Assembly: GCA_016204425.1 (NCBI GenBank)
Contig: JACQKR010000017.1
Location: 1 to 24,000 of the forward strand
Reading direction: 5' to 3'
Length of the DNA: 24,000 bases
DNA from: Candidatus Levyibacteriota bacterium
Lineage (GTDB): Bacteria; Patescibacteriota; Microgenomatia; Levybacterales; UBA12049
Below are positions 7,601 to 14,348 of the stretch, piece by piece. Each line of letters begins with the position of its first letter. The first letter of the stretch is position 1. A program made the translations under genes and the position numbers. The notes under the pieces are model-generated. The model searched no databases and was not told the DNA's origin. It saw only the letters and a program-made list of their open reading frames with translations.

Positions 7601-7786
7601 ATGGCCGGGGAAGAGAAAAAAAATTACTATGGAAAAAGACCCCTGTGGCAGTGAATTCTGATCTATCTCATTATTGGCGGAATCGTCTACGCTGCGGTGT
7701 ATTATATTTTCTTGGGAAACAAAGATGGCTACAATCCTTCAGGAAATACTCCTCAAAACACTTCTCCCTACAATTACAACAAGTAG
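7601..7786 (+). pseudogene. small N-terminal membrane-anchor ORF interrupted by in-frame TGA (codon 18)
   Basis: ATG at 7601 reads MAGEEKKNYYGKRPLWQ, then TGA (7652-7654), then ILIYLIIGGIVYAAVYYIFLGNKDGYNPSGNTPQNTSPYNYNK, with TAG at 7784-7786. The hydrophobic segment continues in frame across the stop. TTGACT (7566-7571) plus an AATAAT-like -10 lie upstream. Confidence 0.4.
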
Positions 7787-7787
7787 C

Positions 7788-8519
7788 TCAAGTAGATATT
7801 ACTCTTTTTGCTCTAAAATTCCCGGCTGGCGCTACTACAAGAGTTGACGCTTTTTGATCAGGGTGGGCTTTTAAGTATTGACCAACGAGCGCATAACCGA
7901 TTGCGTATCCCGCATGCGGCGGTATGCCTTCTTCCTCTGAACCATCAAGAAACCACCTATTATGATAGTAATCACCAAAAGTAATTAAAGGCATATCAAA
8001 CTCAGCTTGTCCTCGCTCTGTTAGTTGTGCTATCTGCTCAGGAGTAAGCCCCCAGAAGTGTTCTACAAGTTCAGTTTCTTCTACAACTTCTTCTTCGAAA
8101 TGCTGAGCCAACCCTTCAGTAATGAGTACCTCAAAAACTGTTCTTCCATATCCAGGTGTTTCCCAGCGTTTTGCATGATGCATCTCATGGCCAAGTGTTT
8201 TGCGGAATGGTTTTCCGAAAGTTTCTTTGATATATGGACTGGCAGTATCCAAATAAACTATAACCGTATTTGCATTTGGCGCATAGCCGGAAATAGGCGA
8301 TGATATATCTGGCATGGCTTTATGAACCATACTCACTATAACATCATGAACAGGTAGCAATGCTATTATTCTTTCTATTGCCTCATTAAAATCTTGCTCT
8401 ATCGTTACAGCATAAGGAGCAAATGCTGCATCTTGCATTTGAAGACTAATGTTTGTACTTTTTCTCATACCTTCTACAGCTTCTAGTGATGATTGCGGTC
8501 TTCTTATTGGTGGCTCCAT
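7788..8519 (-). CDS. putative Zn-dependent metalloprotease (HExxH), DUF2268-like
   Basis: An HEMHH motif within TLGHEMHHAKRW, and overall length and layout similar to DUF2268 proteins (from memory). ATG at 8519 is preferred to the listed TTG at 8534. Confidence 0.65.
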   Translation of the reverse strand: MEPPIRRPQSSLEAVEGMRKSTNISLQMQDAAFAPYAVTIEQDFNEAIERIIALLPVHDVIVSMVHKAMPDISSPISGYAPNANTVIVYLDTASPYIKETFGKPFRKTLGHEMHHAKRWETPGYGRTVFEVLITEGLAQHFEEEVVEETELVEHFWGLTPEQIAQLTERGQAEFDMPLITFGDYYHNRWFLDGSEEEGIPPHAGYAIGYALVGQYLKAHPDQKASTLVVAPAGNFRAKRVIST

Positions 8520-8538
8520 GATAGTGTTAAACAAATAG

Positions 8539-8787
8539 TTATTTTCCCGCTGAAGTTTTATGCTGTTTCAATTTTTTTGCCAAAAACCTTGCGGCTTTTG
8601 GAATATCTTGCATATCTATATAGAGACGGAAACGTGATTCCATGCCAAGATCGGCAAGCGTGAGTTCTCCGAATCTATCTTCGGTAATGTATGACTCTAC
8701 CCCAGCAGTTTTGAGTATCTTTTTCGCCTCATTTGCCTCGTCCCGAGTCTTAAAGATTCTAATACACCGTGGCGCCCGAATACTCAT
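8539..8787 (-). CDS. small hypothetical protein, DUF2007-like (beta-alpha-beta signal-transduction-like fold)
   Basis: 82 aa. IRIFKTRDEANEAKKILKTAGVESYITED ... FRLYIDMQDIPKAARFL follows the DUF2007 pattern. TATACT lies 6 nt upstream of the ATG. The next gene on this strand starts about 20 nt downstream, so they are probably co-transcribed. Confidence 0.5.
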   Translation of the reverse strand: MSIRAPRCIRIFKTRDEANEAKKILKTAGVESYITEDRFGELTLADLGMESRFRLYIDMQDIPKAARFLAKKLKQHKTSAGK

Positions 8788-8891
8788 AGATATAGTATAC
8801 TATCCCTTTTGTGAGAAGCAGACATCAAACGGTTAAAACTATTTTTTACAAGAGTTTAGACAAACAAATACAGATGAAAGGGGTAAAAAGG

Positions 8892-9338
8892 TTATTTGTA
8901 GAGGCTTTTGACCTGGAAAAGAAGGTAGAATCCGATAACCGCGCTGATAAGAGCGCCGATTATATTGAACTGGACGAGACTTGAAACGACTGAAATAATT
9001 TGTGCCCAGAACATATACTGCCACGCTTTTGAAGATCGCGCAAAGAGACCCGGTACCGCCATTGCCTCAAGAACAACAACCGGAATGAGAAGTAAAATAC
9101 TCACCCACATTGTCGGCAAGGTCGCAACAGACTGCACGCCGCCTAAAGGAGCGAGCGTTGTCGCCAAGCTTCCCAGTCCAAAAATCAGGAGAATTGCAGG
9201 AATTGTCAGAATTACGGAAATAATTGCCAAATAAGGAGCGATTTTTACGATAATTTCTTTAATATTCTGTGGGAGCGCTGGTGCTTTCTTACCAAAATAT
9301 TCATCAAATGCCTTCTCAAGTTGTTTTATATAGTCCAT
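8892..9338 (-). CDS. hypothetical integral membrane protein
   Basis: MDYIKQLEKAFDEYFGKKAPALPQNIKE is followed by 3-4 hydrophobic helices. ATG at 9338 was chosen because TACTAT (9350-9345, minus strand) lies 6 nt upstream. The longer ORF from 9377 is possible but lacks such a signal. Confidence 0.65.
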   Translation of the reverse strand: MDYIKQLEKAFDEYFGKKAPALPQNIKEIIVKIAPYLAIISVILTIPAILLIFGLGSLATTLAPLGGVQSVATLPTMWVSILLLIPVVVLEAMAVPGLFARSSKAWQYMFWAQIISVVSSLVQFNIIGALISAVIGFYLLFQVKSLYK

Positions 9339-9472
9339 ATCCGTATAGTAAACGGTTGAGTTGCGCTTGTCAAGCATGATTTTTTACCAGGTAAAAACGA
9401 TATACTAAGCTTGTTTTATCAAAGTAATCAATGCTTCTTAAGACTATTGGTGACGATATTGGCATACCTGAA

Positions 9473-9500
9473 TTGCATTTTTGAGAAAAAGTATTATACT
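9473..9500 (+). promoter_or_regulatory. sigma70-like promoter (TTGCAT-16-TATACT)
   Basis: TTGCAT at 9473-9478 and TATACT at 9495-9500. The first ATG downstream is 9513, which supports the short ORF version. Confidence 0.4.
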
Positions 9501-9512
9501 AGCCTCAACTCT

Positions 9513-9743
9513 ATGTATTATTCGCACACATGCACATATTGCACCAAAATCTTCTATACCTATGACAGTAGCAAGCATAACGCGTCAAAAAAGCTATATC
9601 ACGGCATCAAGAAACATCTTATTGAATATAACGAGGACCATAAAGAATATAAGATGGATGATGGCCCTGAGATCGATATCAACGAAATCTACTATGCGGT
9701 TTCAGAGCTTCCCGACCCTCCTTCCGGTGGCTATGAATTGTAA
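9513..9743 (+). CDS. small hypothetical protein with C2H2-like Cys/His spacing
   Basis: 76 aa: MYYSHTCTYCTKIFYTYDSSKHNASKKLYHGIKKH..., giving C-x2-C-x11-H-x7-H-x4-H, then an acidic tail. The start is set by the promoter at 9473-9500. Confidence 0.45.
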   Translation: MYYSHTCTYCTKIFYTYDSSKHNASKKLYHGIKKHLIEYNEDHKEYKMDDGPEIDINEIYYAVSELPDPPSGGYEL

Positions 9744-9782
9744 TTCCCTGTGCCTGCAACACGACTATACCCTATAGTTGCA

Positions 9783-9811
9783 TTGACATCTCCGCTTTTA
9801 TATGGTATACT
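9783..9811 (+). promoter_or_regulatory. strong sigma70-like promoter with extended -10 (TTGACA-17-TGgTATACT)
   Basis: TTGACA at 9783-9788, TG at 9803-9804, TATACT at 9806-9811. This is the best consensus match in the window. Confidence 0.55.
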
Positions 9812-9994
9812 TACTCAAGTTGTAGCAGATTGAAGTAATAAATCTGCTTAATTTTGAATCTATTCTGAGTAGTTTAAGATAAAGATACCTCAATAAACCT
9901 TTTTTACGTATCTTTTCTCCTCATTCATACTAGTACTTCTTATTTAAGCAGCTTTATTACCTTAATTCCCATCCCTACAAGAAAGGAGGAAAAC
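9812..9994 (+). promoter_or_regulatory. long (~180 nt) structured 5' leader of the RRM/DEAD-box operon, with SD AGGAGG
   Basis: Hairpin 1: AGCAGATT (9824-9831) pairs with AATCTGCT (9841-9848), followed by TAATTTT. Hairpin 2: AAAGATAC (9881-9888) pairs with GTATCTTT (9908-9915), followed by a T-rich run. AGGAGG at 9984-9989 lies 5 nt before the ATG at 9995. Confidence 0.4.
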
Positions 9995-10294
9995 ATGTCA
10001 ACAAAATTATTTATTGGAAGACTCTCATACAGTGTGACTGATGCACAATTGGAAGAACATTTCGCGCAAGCGGGAAAAGTGCTTTCGGCAAAAGTCATTA
10101 TCGATAAGTATTCCGGTCAAGGAAAAGGATTTGGATTCGTTGAAATGGCAACCGAAGAAGAAGCAAAAAAAGCCATCGATCAACTCAATAATTCAACCCT
10201 TGATGGAAGAACAATTGTCGTAAATGAGGCTCGACCACAAGAAGATAGAAGCAAAAGACCACAAGGTGGATCAGGTGGATCAAACCGCTGGTAA
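9995..10294 (+). CDS. RRM-type RNA-binding protein (glycine-rich tail)
   Basis: RNP2 KLFIGRL, RNP1 KGFGFVEM, and a C-terminal GGSGGS tail. Confidence 0.92.
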   Translation: MSTKLFIGRLSYSVTDAQLEEHFAQAGKVLSAKVIIDKYSGQGKGFGFVEMATEEEAKKAIDQLNNSTLDGRTIVVNEARPQEDRSKRPQGGSGGSNRW

Positions 10295-10310
10295 AACGCT
10301 TTTCTCTGAC

Positions 10311-11504
10311 ATGTTTCACTCTATGTACCATAAATCGAGAGGATCTTCGACATCCCGTGGGTATCGTCGAGATCAAAAACGATCATTTCGGCCAAAGAGA
10401 AATAACAATTCTCTTGATATTTTCCTGCTGAAAAACCCGGCGATTGAGCAAAAACAGGAAGCGTATGTCGCAAAGCACGCGTTTTCGGATTTTGCGATAC
10501 ACGATCAGTTACAGCAAAACATTATAGAACGAGGCTACGAAACGCCGACCCCAATTCAAGACCAGGCAATTCCTGAACTTTTATCCGGAAAAGATGTCAT
10601 CGGTATTGCAAATACCGGGACCGGGAAAACAGCAGCATTCTTAATTCCCCTCATTAACAAGGTTTTCTCCAACCGATCGGAAAAGGTTCTTATTGTCGCG
10701 CCGACTCGTGAGCTGGCTGTTCAAATCGAGGAAGAATTCAGGATTTTCGCTAAGGGTATGCAGCTGTTTTCCGCTTTGTGCATTGGAGGCATGAGTATGC
10801 ATCACCAGATACAATCACTCCGAAAAAAACCTGATTTTGTCATCGGAACACCCGGACGGTTGAAGGATCTGGAAAAACAAGGAAAAATCCAATTTATGCT
10901 CTACAACAATATCGTTTTGGACGAAGTTGACCGTATGTTGGATATGGGATTTATTCACGACGTGAACTATATCATTCACAAACTTCCCCAGAAACGTCAC
11001 TCGTTATTCTTTTCAGCAACATTTCCAAGCAATATTCAAGAGATAACAACGAGTCTCTTAAGAAACCCTGTTACTATTTCTGTAAAGCCACAAGAAACGC
11101 TGACGAACATCCACCAAGACGTCATCAAAACGAACGGGAGAATGAAAATTGACCTCCTTCATGACCTGTTAATACAAGTTGAATTTCAAAAGGTATTGGT
11201 GTTTGGAAGGACAAAATGGGGGATTGAGAAATTGTCACGAATGCTCATGGAGCGGGGATTTAAAGTCGCTTCAATTCACGGAAACAAACGTCAGAACCAG
11301 CGGGTACGCGCACTTGAAGATTTCAAAAACAATAGGATTCAAATTCTCTTAGCTACAGATATTGCGTCCCGTGGACTGGATATTGATAATGTCACCCACG
11401 TTATCAACTATGATCAGCCTGCTTCGTATGAGGATTATGTCCACAGAATTGGAAGAACCGGACGCGCGAACAAACGAGGAACTGCGTTAACCTTTATTGA
11501 TTAA
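10311..11504 (+). CDS. DEAD-box ATP-dependent RNA helicase (motif II is DEVD)
   Basis: Q motif FSDF...TPTPIQ, motif I ANTGTGKT, Ia PTRELA, Ib TPGR, II DEVD, III SAT, V ATDIASRGLD, VI HRIGRTGRA. ATG at 10311 is the first ATG after the RRM stop. The listed start at 10224 overlaps the RRM gene. Confidence 0.92.
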   Translation: MFHSMYHKSRGSSTSRGYRRDQKRSFRPKRNNNSLDIFLLKNPAIEQKQEAYVAKHAFSDFAIHDQLQQNIIERGYETPTPIQDQAIPELLSGKDVIGIANTGTGKTAAFLIPLINKVFSNRSEKVLIVAPTRELAVQIEEEFRIFAKGMQLFSALCIGGMSMHHQIQSLRKKPDFVIGTPGRLKDLEKQGKIQFMLYNNIVLDEVDRMLDMGFIHDVNYIIHKLPQKRHSLFFSATFPSNIQEITTSLLRNPVTISVKPQETLTNIHQDVIKTNGRMKIDLLHDLLIQVEFQKVLVFGRTKWGIEKLSRMLMERGFKVASIHGNKRQNQRVRALEDFKNNRIQILLATDIASRGLDIDNVTHVINYDQPASYEDYVHRIGRTGRANKRGTALTFID

Positions 11505-11933
11505 TGCGTTTTCTAACTCCCGTATCTTTGCATTGATTACCCGCTGCGCCACGATAATATCCTGTTTTGTTTGATCAGAAAAAGGGAGCTTTAGTGTCTG
11601 CTGAAACGTGAACCAAGAAAATGTCGCTCCTTTTGGTATTCGAATGGGCTGCCTCTCGCCTACCTCGCCATAGAGAACAAAGTGGATTTTTTTATGTTCG
11701 TTGTGAAAATAGTCATACACCGCAGTAATGGATTTCACGTCAAGTTTTACTTTTAAAAGCTTTGCAATTATTTTCTGAAATGTCCGTTCTGCCTGCTCTT
11801 CTTTCTGGCTCTCGCCGCCTATCAATGACCAGATAGGAGACGTATTCGGAGTATCTTTTGTTAGTTGCTGCAAGAGAATTTGCTGAGTTTGCGGGCGGTA
11901 TAGAAATCCACTTGCATAAAACGCTTTATGCAC
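11487..11933 (-). CDS. NUDIX-fold protein with degenerate Nudix box
   Basis: GGESQKEEQAERTFQKIIAKLL aligns to GX5EX7REUXEEXGU but lacks the REx2EE residues. A GTG start at 11933 was chosen because TGcTATAAT (11948-11940, minus strand) lies 6 nt upstream. The longer listed ORF overlaps the upstream gene by 176 nt. Confidence 0.5.
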   Translation of the reverse strand: MHKAFYASGFLYRPQTQQILLQQLTKDTPNTSPIWSLIGGESQKEEQAERTFQKIIAKLLKVKLDVKSITAVYDYFHNEHKKIHFVLYGEVGERQPIRIPKGATFSWFTFQQTLKLPFSDQTKQDIIVAQRVINAKIRELENALINKG

Positions 11934-11985
11934 TCTTGCATTATAGCATATCCTGGAGCCATTAAAAAGCCCTTTCGTAGGATAA

Positions 11986-12504
11986 TTAATTGAGGCAATT
12001 TGCCCAGGCGTTTTGCTCGTTACGGGAGATTTTAAATGACGCTGTCTTAATCGCTTCTTCTGCATTGAACCGTAGAGACAGATCAGCGCTTGCTCCCATG
12101 AGTGTCCGCACCGTTGTCCACGTCCCTTCTGAAAACTGAAACATTCCCCCATACTCACCATTTGTCGCTAACGTGTTAAATCCCGATTCACACGATGCGA
12201 TTCGCATAAGCAATCCGCGGTCTACACTATACTCGCCGCTGTATTTGGTAAAAAGCGCGTCAAGATCTGATGAAGTAAGGATGATAGATGTCTCGTCCAA
12301 AGGACGATCAGCCTTTGGCTGAGGCGTGGGTGTTGCTGTGGGAGAAGGGGTAAGCGTTGGAGTATGTGTTGGAATTGCTGTCGGGCTAATCTTCATGATA
12401 GGGAGCGGGCTCACGATGTCTTGCGGTGGGCTGACAAGAGAGTAGGCATATGAACCTACTGCGACAATCGACGCAACGGCAAGTGCTGCGAGATTTTCAA
12501 GCAT
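11986..12504 (-). CDS. membrane-anchored transglycosylase-like (Rpf/SLT-like) cell-wall protein
   Basis: N-terminal TM segment, a Pro/Thr-rich linker (PTHTPTLTPSPTATPTPQP), then CESGFN...YGGMFQFSEGTW, which resembles the transglycosylase-like domain. Confidence 0.75.
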   Translation of the reverse strand: MLENLAALAVASIVAVGSYAYSLVSPPQDIVSPLPIMKISPTAIPTHTPTLTPSPTATPTPQPKADRPLDETSIILTSSDLDALFTKYSGEYSVDRGLLMRIASCESGFNTLATNGEYGGMFQFSEGTWTTVRTLMGASADLSLRFNAEEAIKTASFKISRNEQNAWANCLN

Positions 12505-12560
12505 GTATGTATACTACCACAATTTCTCAGATATCCAAGCTCAACAGTGATATTGGATCC

Positions 12561-13700
12561 CTACTGCTTCTGTAACTTTGTATATTGCAGAATTGGGACA
12601 ATTGCTACGAGACAGACAAAGCTTGCAAGATAAAAAACACTGCTGATTCCTATAATTGCAGCCAAAAATCCAAAAATTGGCCGACTGATAACAGAGGATG
12701 AATTCACAGAGAATGAATAGAAACTGTATGCTTTATCAAACCTTTCTTTCTCTGAAACAGCCTCAGCCACCATGGCACGAATGATTGGCGATGTTCCCCG
12801 GGTAAAAATACCAAGTAAGAAAATCGTTATTGCGACCAAAACAACACTTTTTACGACAACGAGAAGGAGAATAAAAAGCGCCATTGCAATTTCTGCAACA
12901 ATAAGTGTCCTCCCAAAACCATGCTTGTCAGCAACTCTCCCGAGAAGCAGCCTCCCTGACATATATCCAGCAAAGAAAAGAGCAGTAAGAACTCCTGTTG
13001 TTGTAAAGTCTATGCCTTTTGGGACTAAAAGCAAAGGAATAAATATATACAAAGACGCGCTGGCAAATGAGTCACACATACCTGTCAAAATAGAGTAGAT
13101 GTATTTTTTATCGCGCAAAAGGGAAACAATTTTGATTTTTTGCAGTTCGCTTTTGTCTTTCTCTTTTGAAAAATTTTGTTTTATGGTGAAAAATAATATG
13201 ACTATCGCGAATGTTACGAGTGCATATCCCAACGATAAATATTTATAGCTAACGGCTGCAAGCAGAAACGCGGTGAGACTTGATGCAATTACTCTCCCAA
13301 CATCGGTAACGGCGCTGAAATTTCCCATTGCTTTTCCTCTATTTGTATCTGCCATTTTTGCAACCAGTGAATTGGCAAGTGGATTAAATAAGCCAACGCC
13401 TATCCCTGCACATGCATAGACGAGAATCATAAGCAAAATGTTTGCTTGCACTGCAATAGTCAGCCAGGCAAGACCAAATACAAAAAGTGCAAATGAAATC
13501 ACCTTTTTATTTCCAAATTTTTCCGCGAAATGGCCTGAAAAAAGGTTACTAAAAATTTGAAAAACTGAAAGAACAGCACTCAATAAACCAACCTGGGCTA
13601 TACTGATCTGCTGCTGGAGCTGGATATATGGTAGAAGCAGTAAAATGCTCACTTCCCACCCTTTTACCAAAAAAGAACAAAGATATAATAATTTTTTCAT
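12561..13700 (-). CDS. MFS transporter
   Basis: 379 aa with about 11-12 hydrophobic segments. An MFS-like loop (GRVADKHGFGRTL) occurs between helices in the second half. Confidence 0.85.
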   Translation of the reverse strand: MKKLLYLCSFLVKGWEVSILLLLPYIQLQQQISIAQVGLLSAVLSVFQIFSNLFSGHFAEKFGNKKVISFALFVFGLAWLTIAVQANILLMILVYACAGIGVGLFNPLANSLVAKMADTNRGKAMGNFSAVTDVGRVIASSLTAFLLAAVSYKYLSLGYALVTFAIVILFFTIKQNFSKEKDKSELQKIKIVSLLRDKKYIYSILTGMCDSFASASLYIFIPLLLVPKGIDFTTTGVLTALFFAGYMSGRLLLGRVADKHGFGRTLIVAEIAMALFILLLVVVKSVVLVAITIFLLGIFTRGTSPIIRAMVAEAVSEKERFDKAYSFYSFSVNSSSVISRPIFGFLAAIIGISSVFYLASFVCLVAIVPILQYTKLQKQ

Positions 13701-13811
13701 TCTTTTGTTCTTTGTGCATTATATGAAGTCTTCAACCCAAATGTGAAGGGGAAAAAATTTCTCTTGCGTCTTTGCGAAAGAAACCGTATGCTTAAGAGAG
13801 GCAGAGAAAGA

Positions 13812-14300
13812 ATGTGGTCTCTTGTGAAAGCACTGAAAATTGTCCTTATTTTTCTTTTTCTACCGGTAAGCTTCCTGCTTTCCGCCCAGTCAAGCAGCGC
13901 AGATGAGATATGCACACCACTCACTACATCTCCAACGATTTACCAAATCGACAGAAACAAAGATAAAGCAACCCTCTTTATTACACCCGTAAGCCAGGCT
14001 TCAACCTACATCATCGCTTACGGACTCAGTGAAGGTGATGAACGGTACAGTATCACGTTTAATTATGCAGCCTCCACTGGCGCGATTACATACGAGATAA
14101 GCGGCTTAGATGAAAAGCAACAGTACTTCTACAGAATTAGAGGGAGAAATGCCTGCTCAGATGGACCTTGGAGCGCATGGGTAGCAGACAAGGTCGCAGG
14201 TCAATCCACATTGCTTGAGGCAGGATCGAACACATCACTAGGAATATTCGCTATCTCTGGCATCGCCTTTCTCGCTGGTATCTTTCTCTTTGCTTTTTAA
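13812..14300 (+). CDS. secreted/tail-anchored fibronectin type III-like protein
   Basis: Signal-like N-terminus MWSLVKALKIVLIFLFLPVSFLLSAQS. FN3-like core (YIIAYG...ISGLDEKQQYFYRIRGRNACSDGPWSAW). C-terminal hydrophobic segment LGIFAISGIAFLAGIFLFAF. Candidate promoter TTGCGT-17-TATGCT (13766-13794) lies upstream of the ATG at 13812. ATG at 13788 is an alternative start. Confidence 0.65.
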   Translation: MWSLVKALKIVLIFLFLPVSFLLSAQSSSADEICTPLTTSPTIYQIDRNKDKATLFITPVSQASTYIIAYGLSEGDERYSITFNYAASTGAITYEISGLDEKQQYFYRIRGRNACSDGPWSAWVADKVAGQSTLLEAGSNTSLGIFAISGIAFLAGIFLFAF

Positions 14301-14348
14301 CATATCTTTCTTCCCCGCTCTATTTTGTTATTCTGATATACTGCAGTC

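Noticed and set aside
7652-7654. Possibility that TGA is a sense codon (code 4 or 25) in this organism
   Set aside because: Well-supported genes terminate with TGA at the expected protein ends: 2017-2019, 5154-5156, 6955-6957, 14886-14888 and 2232-2234 on the minus strand. Their protein lengths match family norms, so TGA is a genuine stop here.
9820-9832. Near-identical short motif shared by the RRM leader (TTGTAGCAGATTG at 9820-9832) and the dnaG/HAD intergenic region (TTGTAGC-ACTCGC-AGATTG at 23159-23177)
   Set aside because: Only 7+6 matching nt are split by an insertion. This is too short to distinguish from chance without genome-wide statistics.
10224-10310. Helicase reading frame open for 87 nt upstream of its ATG and overlapping the RRM gene, as a possible frameshift fusion or long N-terminus
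   Set aside because: The overlap frame begins with a non-ATG codon and encodes low-information sequence. The RRM protein ends with its typical Gly-rich tail and a TAA stop. No slippery heptamer is evident. A separate initiation at 10311 is the simplest explanation.
11934-12161. Upstream extension of the NUDIX-like ORF (listed 11487-12161) overlapping the transglycosylase gene by 176 nt
   Set aside because: The extension translates to implausible sequence (MVSMGECFSFQKGRGQRCGH...). It overlaps a well-supported gene in another frame, and a TGcTATAAT-6-GTG start signal sits at 11933.
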